Below, one piece after another: positions 17,758 to 26,632 of a stretch of DNA of 64,000 bases. Under the pieces are notes generated by a model. It made no database searches. It worked only from the letters and a program-made list of their open reading frames with translations, and was not told the origin of the DNA. Location: contig CACZSN010000019.1 in NCBI GenBank assembly GCA_902783835.1, positions 25,301 through 89,300 on the forward strand, written 5' to 3'. Every line of letters starts with the position of its first letter. Positions within the stretch are counted from its first letter, which is position 1. This DNA comes from an uncultured bacterium (lineage in GTDB: Bacteria > Cyanobacteriota > Vampirovibrionia > Gastranaerophilales > Gastranaerophilaceae). The translations under genes were made by a program, and so were the position numbers.

Positions 17758-18558
17758 ATGAAAATCGGAATTATAGGTCTTGGTCTTATCGGTGGTTCAA
17801 TACTCAAGAAATTAGCGGGTTTCGGGCATGAATTATATGCCGTAACAAGAAATTCGGAAACATTGAGGCATGTTAAAACTTTGGTCAAGAGTTGTTCTGA
17901 TAAATATGAAATTCTTTCGGATTGTGAAGTGGTTTTTGTTTGTACACCGATTGGAAAAATTATTGAGACGCTTGATAAATTGGAAGGTATTGTCTCTGAA
18001 AACTGTACCGTTACTGATGTTGCAAGTGTTAAAGAGTTTGTAACAAAGAAAAAATATTCTTTTAAATTTATTCCTTCTCATCCGATGGCAGGAACCGAAA
18101 ACAGTGGTTATAATGCCTCTTTTCCTGAATTATTTGAGGGTGCAAAATGGGTTTTGACACCGTATGATGAAAATGACACAAAAATTTTAACGGATTTGAT
18201 TGAACAAATGGGGGCAATTCCGATTGTTGCAAATCCCAAGGAACATGATGAGGCTGTCGCTCTCATAAGTCATTTGCCGATGTATATTTCACAGTGTCTT
18301 TACAGTGTCGCAAAAGATAATAAATTGGCTATGAAGCTTGCTTCGAGCGGTTTTCGAGACACAACAAGACTTGCTATGACTGATTTAACACTTGCTTGTG
18401 ATATGTTGAATTTTAACGGTAAAAATGTCGAAAAGTCACAAAATGCCTTTATTTCGGAACTTGAAAATTTGAAAAAAGAAAATTATCTTGAAAAAATTAC
18501 GGAAATTAGTCAAAGCCGCAGAAAAATGTATAATTTTGACGGAAAAAACATAATTTAA
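17758..18558 (+). CDS. tyrA: Prephenate/arogenate dehydrogenase (short TyrA type)
   Basis: Start at the ATG at 17758 after GGAG. MKIGIIGLGLIGGS Rossmann motif, VTDVASVK, SHPMAGTE, HDEAVALISHLP, ASSGFRDTTR. Architecture closely parallels the ~280-aa cyanobacterial arogenate dehydrogenase (from memory). Confidence 0.85.
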   Translation: MKIGIIGLGLIGGSILKKLAGFGHELYAVTRNSETLRHVKTLVKSCSDKYEILSDCEVVFVCTPIGKIIETLDKLEGIVSENCTVTDVASVKEFVTKKKYSFKFIPSHPMAGTENSGYNASFPELFEGAKWVLTPYDENDTKILTDLIEQMGAIPIVANPKEHDEAVALISHLPMYISQCLYSVAKDNKLAMKLASSGFRDTTRLAMTDLTLACDMLNFNGKNVEKSQNAFISELENLKKENYLEKITEISQSRRKMYNFDGKNII

Positions 18559-18691
18559 TGAAGTTGTTTTTTTAGCCAAATGACATATAAATTAGCATTG
18601 TAAAGAATTGTAACGGTTTCAAGAAAAATAAACATAAACATGGCAAAATTAAATATTTACGGGCATTTCGACCGAAGTAGAAATCGAGTGT

Positions 18692-20272
18692 GTGTTTGTG
18701 AAAATTTCTAACGTTAACAGTTTAATACCGATGCAGGGTGTTGTTCATAATTCACCGTTGGCGGGTAAGTATCTCAAAAAGCAGATGCCGGATACTTTTG
18801 AGCGAACAACAAATCCTATTGAGTATTGCAAGGGTGGTTTTGTGCCCTCTGCTTCAAAATTTAACACAACAATAGACGCACTCAATTTAATGAATGTTAA
18901 GGCACAGACTGCATTTGACAGACAACTTGCATATGATGGTTGGTCAGGAAAATTGGCGGATAAGATTTCATGTTTATGGAGTTCCAAGAACAGAGCGTCA
19001 TTGGTTTCTGACGATTTACAAGTTCACAAAATGCAGATTGAAAATCTTGAAAATGCTGCAAGAGTCGGCAATTTTAGGTCTGAATTTTTTAAAACATTTG
19101 GTGTGAATTATGATGAAGAAGCCATAAAAGATTATGAAAAAGCTTCTGCAAAATATACATTAATTAAGTCGGCGGATCAAGTTGCGGACTATACAAAAGA
19201 ACATTTAACAGAATATACAAATTTTTTCACAAAACACAAAAACTCTATAAATCCTGAATCTCCGGATTTTGATAAACATGGCAGGCATGTTGATGTAGAA
19301 AAAAAACTTGATGGTTTCAAAGAAGAACTTACAAAAATTGTTGGCGGAAAAGAAAATTTAAAAGTCCTCGAGTTATCAAAAAGACCTGATTTTATTACAC
19401 TTTCGAGGGAAGAACAAATAGATGTATACAAAGATATTGCGGAAGGTTTGATTTACACTTCTGCGGAAACTGCCGAAAAACTCAAACACGGCAAGAAAAT
19501 TGATGAAATTCAAAAAGAGTATGATGAAGCATATAAGAAGGCTTTCGGCGAAACAAACAATATTCAAAAAAGAGTTGATAAGTATATCAAAACACAACAA
19601 ATTCGCTCGACTGCGTTAAAAGATGTTGCGATGTCGGGAATTATCGGGGCAACGATTGCATTGTCAAAAACTTCGCTTCCGACGTTAACCGGGGCGGCTG
19701 TTTCCACGGTCGGTTATATTGGTATGGATTTGGCGGATCTTGCTACAAACAAGATTGACAACAAAGAAGATATGAGCGAAGAAGCGGTGAAAGATGTTGT
19801 AAAATGTGCCGTTTTATCGGGAGTTGAGTACATTGTCGGTTCTAAAATGTATGACATTATTCCGGAAGCTAATTCCAAAAATCAAGTTTTAAACAGTGCT
19901 TTAAATACCGCACGCACACTCGGTATTGAACTTTCCGTGGCATTTGTCAGTGAATATGCACAAACGGGTGAGTGGGCAACTTACCAAATGAATCCTAAAG
20001 ATTTTGTAAAATTGACTCTTGCTAGATTTGCAATAGAAGAACTTACGAGAATGGGACTTTCCGCTCCGGCAGGAAGAAAAAGCAATTACAGTCCGATGAA
20101 ACTCAGTGAAGATGCAACTTCGACGGTCGTTGACAGAGCAACCAAAGAATTACAAAAACAATATGCAAAAAATCCCGCTCAATTTATGAACTTGAAACTT
20201 TTGAGTATGGAAAAACCGGAATTGTTTAATGAATTGATGACGTCGACCTTAAACGGATTGTTAAACGCGTAG
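18692..20272 (+). CDS. Large hypothetical protein (no recognisable domain)
   Basis: 526-aa ORF (GTG start; ATG at 18731 is an alternative). Hydrophilic and helical, with one Gly/Ala-rich hydrophobic stretch (VAMSGIIGATIALSKTSLPTLTGAAVSTVGYIG). No signal peptide and no obvious Shine-Dalgarno sequence. Confidence 0.45.
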   Translation: MFVKISNVNSLIPMQGVVHNSPLAGKYLKKQMPDTFERTTNPIEYCKGGFVPSASKFNTTIDALNLMNVKAQTAFDRQLAYDGWSGKLADKISCLWSSKNRASLVSDDLQVHKMQIENLENAARVGNFRSEFFKTFGVNYDEEAIKDYEKASAKYTLIKSADQVADYTKEHLTEYTNFFTKHKNSINPESPDFDKHGRHVDVEKKLDGFKEELTKIVGGKENLKVLELSKRPDFITLSREEQIDVYKDIAEGLIYTSAETAEKLKHGKKIDEIQKEYDEAYKKAFGETNNIQKRVDKYIKTQQIRSTALKDVAMSGIIGATIALSKTSLPTLTGAAVSTVGYIGMDLADLATNKIDNKEDMSEEAVKDVVKCAVLSGVEYIVGSKMYDIIPEANSKNQVLNSALNTARTLGIELSVAFVSEYAQTGEWATYQMNPKDFVKLTLARFAIEELTRMGLSAPAGRKSNYSPMKLSEDATSTVVDRATKELQKQYAKNPAQFMNLKLLSMEKPELFNELMTSTLNGLLNA

Positions 20273-20275
20273 ATT

Positions 20276-20722
20276 TTATTGTCCTAAAAGTTCGGCGGCA
20301 ATTTCTGCTGCGGTTGCTATACAGTTTTCGCAGGGTCTGTTTTTGTAATATTCTTCGGTTCTTTTTGCGGGAATATATCCGTCTGCATCGAGTCCTAAAA
20401 TTTCACGACAAATTATCGTCCCGTGTTTTTGTTTGAATTTTTCCGCTAAATCCTGAATGAGTTTATAATGATTGGCTTTTGCCGAGTCGTCATTTTTTGT
20501 TGTATATCCGTGTTTTAAACCCGCAATCATAAACAATGCACTTACGGCTCCGCAAACTTCGCGAAGTCTTCCCATCCCTCCGCCAAATGAAGAAGATAGT
20601 TTTAATCCTGTTTCAAAATCAATTCCGAAATCTTCACAAAATGTGCAAAAAACGGATTGCGAACAATTATAACCTTGCTTAAATAAATCCCTTGCTTGTG
20701 CAACTTTTTCTTCAATTTTCAT
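20276..20722 (-). CDS. C_GCAxxG_C_C-family putative redox-active protein
   Basis: 148 aa. GYNCSQSVFCTF, CGAVSALFMIAGL, and C-terminal CxxC-like PCENC. Confidence 0.75.
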   Translation of the reverse strand: MKIEEKVAQARDLFKQGYNCSQSVFCTFCEDFGIDFETGLKLSSSFGGGMGRLREVCGAVSALFMIAGLKHGYTTKNDDSAKANHYKLIQDLAEKFKQKHGTIICREILGLDADGYIPAKRTEEYYKNRPCENCIATAAEIAAELLGQ

Positions 20723-20769
20723 AACAAAATCATGTTATCATAAAAAATTTATTAAAGTTTTTTTAAATT

Positions 20770-22572
20770 TTGCCGATAATTAACATGAAAGGTTTTCAAA
20801 TAAACACGATGAACATAGGTAACAATATCTCGAAAATCAATAATATCGGGATAAATAACGGTATTAAACAAAAAAATGTTTCGGCTCAAAATAATCAAAG
20901 CATGCCGACTCAAACTTATGCTGCCTATCCGTCGGGTCAACTTTTAAAGGCGATGTTTGTTTCGGAAAAACCGATTGATGAACAAAAACAAAATCTTGAA
21001 AAACTTAAAAACACGTCTTTTGGGGAAAATTTGGATGATTATGAACTTGATGCCATTTCAAATATGATGAAATCGGATAATAAGAATTCAAAAGCCGCAA
21101 ATGCTTTGGTGGGTTTGATTGAAGACGGTTCGGTTAATAAACGTTGTATTTATTATTCAAGTAAACATTCCGATATTCAACCAAATATCGCAAATGATAT
21201 GAAACTTATGCAACAGGCAAAAGCAACGGGTACACCTATTGCGGATTTGATTGTGCCTAAGTTTGATACCCCCGAAGATGCTGTCAAAAATGCAAAAATC
21301 GGTGATGTCTATAACATTGGCGATGAAAAAAATGTTTATATTAAAACAGATGATGAAAATGCAAAACAATTGAAGTTTGATAAAGAAACATATTTGAAAC
21401 TTTTTCCGCCTGTAGAAAGATTTTCGGTAGGTCAAAGCCAAATCGGGGACTGTTATTTGGTTTCGACATTTGATACTTTGTACCAAAATCCGGAAACAAG
21501 AGTAAAAATTTTAGATTGTTTTGAACAAGACGGAAATGACGTCAAAGCTAAACTTCCGAACAGGGATGAGGTTGTTGTTGCAAAAGATTGCAAACTCTTG
21601 GAACAAACAAAAGATAACCTTCAGGAAAAAATATATATTAAGGGCTCGGAAGGTTTAAGAATACTTGAATACCTCTATGCCGGCACCCGTCTCGATAAAA
21701 CAATTAATCAAGCTAAAGAACAAACTTACAACAAGCTTGATGATACTGTTTTTAATCAACTTGACTATGAAGATGAACAACAATTCTATACGGATGCAAA
21801 ACAAGGTTCAAAAGACAGAATTGCCCGCTCCAAGGCTGAACTTGCCTATTTGAAAAACGGCGGAAATATTCCCGAAACGGCAGGTTTTACAAGAGAAGAA
21901 AGAATTGCAATTCTCAAAAAAAATATTGAGGAAGATAAAAAAGATATCAGAACTTGTAACAAAACTCTAAAAACGCAAGAGCCCAATACCGACGAAATAA
22001 TGGGCAGACAACTCGAAAGAAAAGAACAGCTGTATGAAGCAATTAAGAATCCGGAAAATTTCTGGGTCGAAAATAACGAAAACAGGTTCTGGGCGGAGAT
22101 TAATGATGACGATTCGTATGCAAATTCCGGTTTCGAAATCGTTGAAGATGAAGACGGTGTCGTTCTTGACGGAGTAAAGGAAAAACTTCAGGCAGCAAAT
22201 GAAAAATTCCAAAATGTCAGAGCTGCGTATCGTGAAGCAGGACTTGCCAATGAAATTTTCCAAGCCTTTGGCATGCCGTCTTACAACATCGATACCGAAA
22301 ATGAAGATTTTGACTCTGCAGTAAAAGAACAAATTTCAAAAGGTGCGGTATTCTCTGCAACTTCAAAATTCGAAATTGAAGATGAAGAAAATCTCCTGCA
22401 CGACTATAACGTTACAACAGGACACGCTTACGGTGCAAAACCGTATATAAATAAAAACGGCGATTTAAGAATCGTTATCGTAAATCCTTGGAATACAACA
22501 TTCAATACTGATTTGTCCGCTGAAGACTTCAAGAAAAATTACGCTTGTCTTATATTCGCCGATAATAAGTAA
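20770..22572 (+). CDS. Calpain-like (peptidase C2-type) cysteine protease with a very large insertion
   Basis: 600 aa. GQSQIGDCYLVSTFDTL (Cys228, codon 21451-21453), TTGHAYGAK (His552) and IVNPWN (Asn572) match the calpain GDCW...GHAY...NPWG triad contexts. TTG at 20770 gives the longest ORF; ATG at 20785 is an alternative start. Confidence 0.6.
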   Translation: MPIINMKGFQINTMNIGNNISKINNIGINNGIKQKNVSAQNNQSMPTQTYAAYPSGQLLKAMFVSEKPIDEQKQNLEKLKNTSFGENLDDYELDAISNMMKSDNKNSKAANALVGLIEDGSVNKRCIYYSSKHSDIQPNIANDMKLMQQAKATGTPIADLIVPKFDTPEDAVKNAKIGDVYNIGDEKNVYIKTDDENAKQLKFDKETYLKLFPPVERFSVGQSQIGDCYLVSTFDTLYQNPETRVKILDCFEQDGNDVKAKLPNRDEVVVAKDCKLLEQTKDNLQEKIYIKGSEGLRILEYLYAGTRLDKTINQAKEQTYNKLDDTVFNQLDYEDEQQFYTDAKQGSKDRIARSKAELAYLKNGGNIPETAGFTREERIAILKKNIEEDKKDIRTCNKTLKTQEPNTDEIMGRQLERKEQLYEAIKNPENFWVENNENRFWAEINDDDSYANSGFEIVEDEDGVVLDGVKEKLQAANEKFQNVRAAYREAGLANEIFQAFGMPSYNIDTENEDFDSAVKEQISKGAVFSATSKFEIEDEENLLHDYNVTTGHAYGAKPYINKNGDLRIVIVNPWNTTFNTDLSAEDFKKNYACLIFADNK

Positions 22573-22593
22573 TGTTAATGGAAATAGTTAAGG

Positions 22594-22857
22594 TTATTTT
22601 TTGTTTGAGAAGTGTTTGTATTTGATATGCAAGCCGATATCAATCAACAAGAAAAATACGTTTAGAAAATATAACCATATAACCGCATCATGGCTGTATA
22701 AAAATTTGTGGGTTATACCAAAAATGTAACCAAGCAAAATTAAGAACGAAAATCTCAAACTTTTTCCGTTAACACTTTTTGCTTTGAATGTTTTATATGC
22801 CGCAATCGGCCAACTGATGCCGAAGCAAACCATCATTCCGGCTTCAAATATACTCAT
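22594..22857 (-). CDS. Small 3-TM membrane protein, PQ-loop/SemiSWEET-like (tentative)
   Basis: 87 aa with three hydrophobic helices. GISWPIAAYKTFKAKSVNGKSL resembles the PQ-loop motif followed by K..K.KS..G.S, with WP in place of PQ. Confidence 0.4.
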   Translation of the reverse strand: MSIFEAGMMVCFGISWPIAAYKTFKAKSVNGKSLRFSFLILLGYIFGITHKFLYSHDAVIWLYFLNVFFLLIDIGLHIKYKHFSNKK

Positions 22858-22977
22858 AATTTACCTTCTTTCGATATTAGAATAGAACAAAATGTGTATA
22901 ATTAAAAATAGTTAAATTCGATTAAAATCATAAGTTTTTCTTATTAAAATTTTGAGGAATTATGCTATAATAATTAA

Positions 22978-23844
22978 ATGAATTTCAATCAATTAAAATA
23001 TATCGTAACTGTTGCGAAAGAAAAAAATATTACGGCTGCCGCGAAAAAGTTGTTTGTGTCGCAGTCATCTTTGAGTCAAACAATTAAAAATGTTGAAAAA
23101 GAATATAAAACGAAATTGTTTGAGACCGATACGACACCGATTAAAGTGACATTTGCGGGGGAAATTTTTGTTAATTGGGCGATAAAAATTCTTAAATCCG
23201 AAGAAGAAATTAAAGAAGAAATCGAAAGAATTACAACCGATAACGAAATAAAAATTGTTGTCGGAATGGCTACTCACAGATGTATCTATGTTCTTCCGGC
23301 TGTTATAAAACAATTTAAGAAAGAATTTCCCCGTTCGTTGATTGTGGTGAAAGAATATCCGACTCCGACATTGGAAAAAATGCTTCTTAACGGCGAACTT
23401 GATTTGTTGGTGGATATTGAAAATCCGGATACGTATTCTTATAAAAATATATTATTAAAAAAAGAAAAAATTTTACTCGATATTCCTGATAAATATCTTA
23501 CGGTCGGCGATGAGTTGTATGCCTTTAAAGGTGTGCCTTTTATAATGCTTTCAAAAGAACAAATGCTCGGAAGAACCGCAAGGGAATTGTGCAAAAAATA
23601 TAAATTTGAACCTAAAATATCCGTGGAATGCAAAAATATCGAAACAGCTCATTCTCTTGTACAACAAGGACTTGGTGTTACGTTTGTTCCTGAATTGTTC
23701 GCAAAATACAATAACGGACATTTTATAGAATTGAAATCTTTGGACGTAACAAGACATATTTGTGCGATTTATGAAAATAAAAACTCATCGGTCGCATTGG
23801 ACAGGTTCGTTCAAATTTTGAAAAAATCATTGGGTAACGTTTGA
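22978..23844 (+). CDS. LysR-family transcriptional regulator
   Basis: 288 aa. N-terminal MNFNQLKYIVTVAKEKNITAAAKKLFVSQSSLSQTIKNVEKEY HTH and a LysR substrate-binding-like C-terminus. Confidence 0.85.
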   Translation: MNFNQLKYIVTVAKEKNITAAAKKLFVSQSSLSQTIKNVEKEYKTKLFETDTTPIKVTFAGEIFVNWAIKILKSEEEIKEEIERITTDNEIKIVVGMATHRCIYVLPAVIKQFKKEFPRSLIVVKEYPTPTLEKMLLNGELDLLVDIENPDTYSYKNILLKKEKILLDIPDKYLTVGDELYAFKGVPFIMLSKEQMLGRTARELCKKYKFEPKISVECKNIETAHSLVQQGLGVTFVPELFAKYNNGHFIELKSLDVTRHICAIYENKNSSVALDRFVQILKKSLGNV

Positions 23845-23900
23845 TAAAAAGTAATTTTAACGGTGATAGAAAAAAATAATTTAATTCATCGTTAAATATG

Positions 23901-23927
23901 ATAAAAAAACTTGCACAAATTTTTTAT
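23901..23927. promoter_or_regulatory. AT-rich inverted repeat upstream of pckA (possible LysR-type box)
   Basis: ATAAAAAA-N11-TTTTTTAT overlapping a TTGCAC -35-like hexamer. Low sequence complexity, so only tentative. Confidence 0.2.
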
Positions 23928-24000
23928 GTTTGTAGTATGATTAAGTGTGAAACATACACATAAAAATTTTTTAAATGGAATTACATAAAAGGAGAAGTTT

Positions 24001-25593
24001 ATGGAAACTTACGGAATTGAAAAATTAGGTGTTATCGGACCGAAAGCGGTATATCGCAACTTGACCCCGGCACAATTGACAGAAGCTGCTTTGCGTCGCG
24101 GAGAAGGTTCTTTGAGTGAAACAGGTGCATTGGTTGTTACAACAGGCAAATACACAGGTCGTTCACCTAAAGATAAATTTATCGTTGATACGGACGGAGT
24201 TCACAACGAAATCGCTTGGGGTAAGGTAAACAGACCTATCACAAGAGAACAATTTAACTCTATTAAGGGAAAAATCGCTGCATATTTAGAAGGCAGAGAA
24301 GTATTTATCTTTGACGGTTATGCAGGTGCAGACAAAAAATACACACAAAAATTCAGAGTTGTAAATGAATTGGCAAGCCAAAACATGTTCATTCATCAAT
24401 TGTTAATTCGTCCGACTGCAGAAGAATTAAAAGAATACGGTGAACCTGATTATACAATTCTTTGTGCTCCCGGATTTAAATGTGATCCCGAAGTTGACGG
24501 TGTAAATTCAGAAGCTTGCATCGCAATCGACTACGAAGCACATATGATTATCATTTGCGGTTCAAAATACTCAGGCGAAATCAAAAAGTCAGTATTCGCA
24601 ACAATGAACTACATTATGACAAAGAAAAACGTACTTCCGATGCACTGTTCGGCAAACATGGATCCTCAAACAGGTGAAACAGCTGTATTCTTCGGACTTT
24701 CAGGTACAGGTAAAACAACACTTTCAGCAGATCCGAACCGTAAGTTAATCGGTGATGATGAACACGGTTGGTCACCTGACGGTGTATTCAACTTCGAAGG
24801 CGGCTGCTATGCAAAATGTATTCACCTTTCTGCAGAAAATGAACCTGATATTTACAATGCAATTAAATTTGGTTCATTGGTAGAAAACGTAATTATGAAT
24901 CCCGAAACAAGAGAATTTGATTTTGAAGACGGTTCATTGACAGAAAACACACGTGTAGGTTACCCGATTAATTACATCAACAATGCACAAGTTCCTTCAA
25001 AAGGCGGAATTCCGAAAGTTGTTATTTTCTTGACAGCGGATGCATTTGGTGTATTGCCTCCTATCAGCAGATTGAACAAAAACGCAGCTATGTACCACTT
25101 TGTAACAGGTTTCACATCGAAACTTGCAGGTACGGAAAGAGGTGTTACGGAACCGCAACCGACATTCTCAACATTGTTCGGCGAACCGTTTATGCCGATG
25201 GATGCATCAGTTTATGCTCAAATGTTGGGTGAAAAACTTGACAAATACGGCACTAAAGTTTACCTCGTAAACACAGGCTGGGCAGGCGGATGTGCATCTT
25301 CAGGTGCAAAACGTATGAAATTGGCATACACTCGTGCTATGGTAACAGCTGCATTGAACGGTGACTTCGATAATATCGAATTCAAACACCACGATGTATT
25401 CAACGTTGATTACCCTGTTCACTGTCCTAATGTTCCGGATGAAAAATTGGATGCAAGAGGAATGTGGGAAGATAAAGCTGCATATGATGAACAAGCTAAC
25501 AAATTGGCTCAAATGTTTGCAGATAACTTTGCTGCAAAATACCCCAATATGCCGGCTGAAATCGTTAATGCAGGTCCGAAAGCAAAAAATTAG
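24001..25593 (+). CDS. pckA: Phosphoenolpyruvate carboxykinase (ATP)
   Basis: 530 aa. TGKYTGRSPKDKF, kinase-1a FFGLSGTGKTTLS, GDDEHGW. Strong AAAAGGAG Shine-Dalgarno sequence. Confidence 0.95.
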   Translation: METYGIEKLGVIGPKAVYRNLTPAQLTEAALRRGEGSLSETGALVVTTGKYTGRSPKDKFIVDTDGVHNEIAWGKVNRPITREQFNSIKGKIAAYLEGREVFIFDGYAGADKKYTQKFRVVNELASQNMFIHQLLIRPTAEELKEYGEPDYTILCAPGFKCDPEVDGVNSEACIAIDYEAHMIIICGSKYSGEIKKSVFATMNYIMTKKNVLPMHCSANMDPQTGETAVFFGLSGTGKTTLSADPNRKLIGDDEHGWSPDGVFNFEGGCYAKCIHLSAENEPDIYNAIKFGSLVENVIMNPETREFDFEDGSLTENTRVGYPINYINNAQVPSKGGIPKVVIFLTADAFGVLPPISRLNKNAAMYHFVTGFTSKLAGTERGVTEPQPTFSTLFGEPFMPMDASVYAQMLGEKLDKYGTKVYLVNTGWAGGCASSGAKRMKLAYTRAMVTAALNGDFDNIEFKHHDVFNVDYPVHCPNVPDEKLDARGMWEDKAAYDEQANKLAQMFADNFAAKYPNMPAEIVNAGPKAKN

Positions 25594-25633
25594 TTTTGTC
25601 TGACAGACAATTATAAAACTGATTAAAATTTGA

Positions 25634-25664
25634 AAGACTCCTTGATTTTCAAGGGGTCTTTTTG
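25634..25664 (+). terminator. Rho-independent terminator after pckA
   Basis: AAGACTCCTTG-ATTTT-CAAGGGGTCTT (one G-U pair) followed by TTTT. Confidence 0.7.
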
Positions 25665-25737
25665 TTGCAGGGCTTGATAAAATATGTTAAAATATACATG
25701 GAAATCCATTGGTTAGAAGAGAGTAAGGAGATAAATC

Positions 25738-26523
25738 TTGAGTAATGCTTGCTGTTGCGAACGTTTGGATGTTTTTGTGTTGGAAAATTGGATTAAATGC
25801 AGTTCGGTTTTGATTAACATTAAAAATTTAGACGGGCAGTATATTGCTCTGTCTGACGCTTATGCAAAATTTCTCGGATACAATAAAGCGGAGGATATTA
25901 TCGGAAAGTATCCCGCGGATATTTTTCCTTTGAAAAATGCTTTGGCATATCAGAAACAGGAAAAATTAGTCCTGAATACCGCTCGCAAACTGACTTTCCA
26001 AAATAAATTCATTCACCCCGACAAAGGTCTTTTGTATATTGAGGGTGTCAAAACTCCTGTTTTGAATGAAAAAAAAGCAATAGTTGCAATTGAAACCGTA
26101 ATCACGGATGTTACTGAAAAATATTTGTTGATAAATAAATTGCAAAGAGAACAAATGAAGTTTAAAAAATTTTTCAACGATATTCCTGTTGCCGTGTGGA
26201 TTAAGGATGCAAGAAACAGATTTATTAATGTAAATAAGGAATTTTGTGAAATTTTCAATGTTAATAAGGATGAAATCGTCGGTCAAAAATATATTAACCC
26301 CGAAAATTTGGCGGAAATAATGGGCGAAGAAGAGTTGGCGATGTTGCAGGCACAAGATGAGTTTGTGCTGAAAGAAAACAAACGACACGTTTTTGAATTT
26401 TGCACTCTTAATGAGGGCAAAAAAGGATGTTTTAAGATGATAAAAATTCCGATTTTCGGAAACGGCAAAGTCATAGGCTTGGTCGGATGTTGCCATACCA
26501 CGGTTGACAAAAAGCCCATGTAA
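25738..26523 (+). CDS. Stand-alone tandem PAS-domain protein
   Basis: 261 aa. TTG start 7 nt after AAGGAG. Two PAS-like modules (NLDGQYIALSDAYAKFLGYNKAEDIIGK... and DARNRFINVNKEFCEIFNVNKDEIVGQ...). No output domain. Confidence 0.7.
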   Translation: MSNACCCERLDVFVLENWIKCSSVLINIKNLDGQYIALSDAYAKFLGYNKAEDIIGKYPADIFPLKNALAYQKQEKLVLNTARKLTFQNKFIHPDKGLLYIEGVKTPVLNEKKAIVAIETVITDVTEKYLLINKLQREQMKFKKFFNDIPVAVWIKDARNRFINVNKEFCEIFNVNKDEIVGQKYINPENLAEIMGEEELAMLQAQDEFVLKENKRHVFEFCTLNEGKKGCFKMIKIPIFGNGKVIGLVGCCHTTVDKKPM

Positions 26524-26632
26524 CATTTGTATATGTCCAAAAAGCTTGTGATTTAGGCATTTTTTGTATCAAGTCTTATCGACTTGATAATTATTGACTT
26601 TGATTGTATAATTACAATTAGTAGAGAAAACT

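Noticed and set aside
25966-26526. Long antisense ORFs inside well-supported genes. Examples: 25966-26526 (186 aa), 27170-27667 (165 aa), 51880-52455 (191 aa), 50694-51140 (148 aa), 58301-58774 (157 aa), 2622-3035 (137 aa).
   Set aside because: Each lies entirely within, and opposite to, a gene with clear family motifs (PAS, CNNM, dnaG, dgt, nagA-like, SNF2). Their translations are low-complexity and rich in Phe, Ile, Asn and Lys, typical of shadow ORFs in AT-rich DNA.
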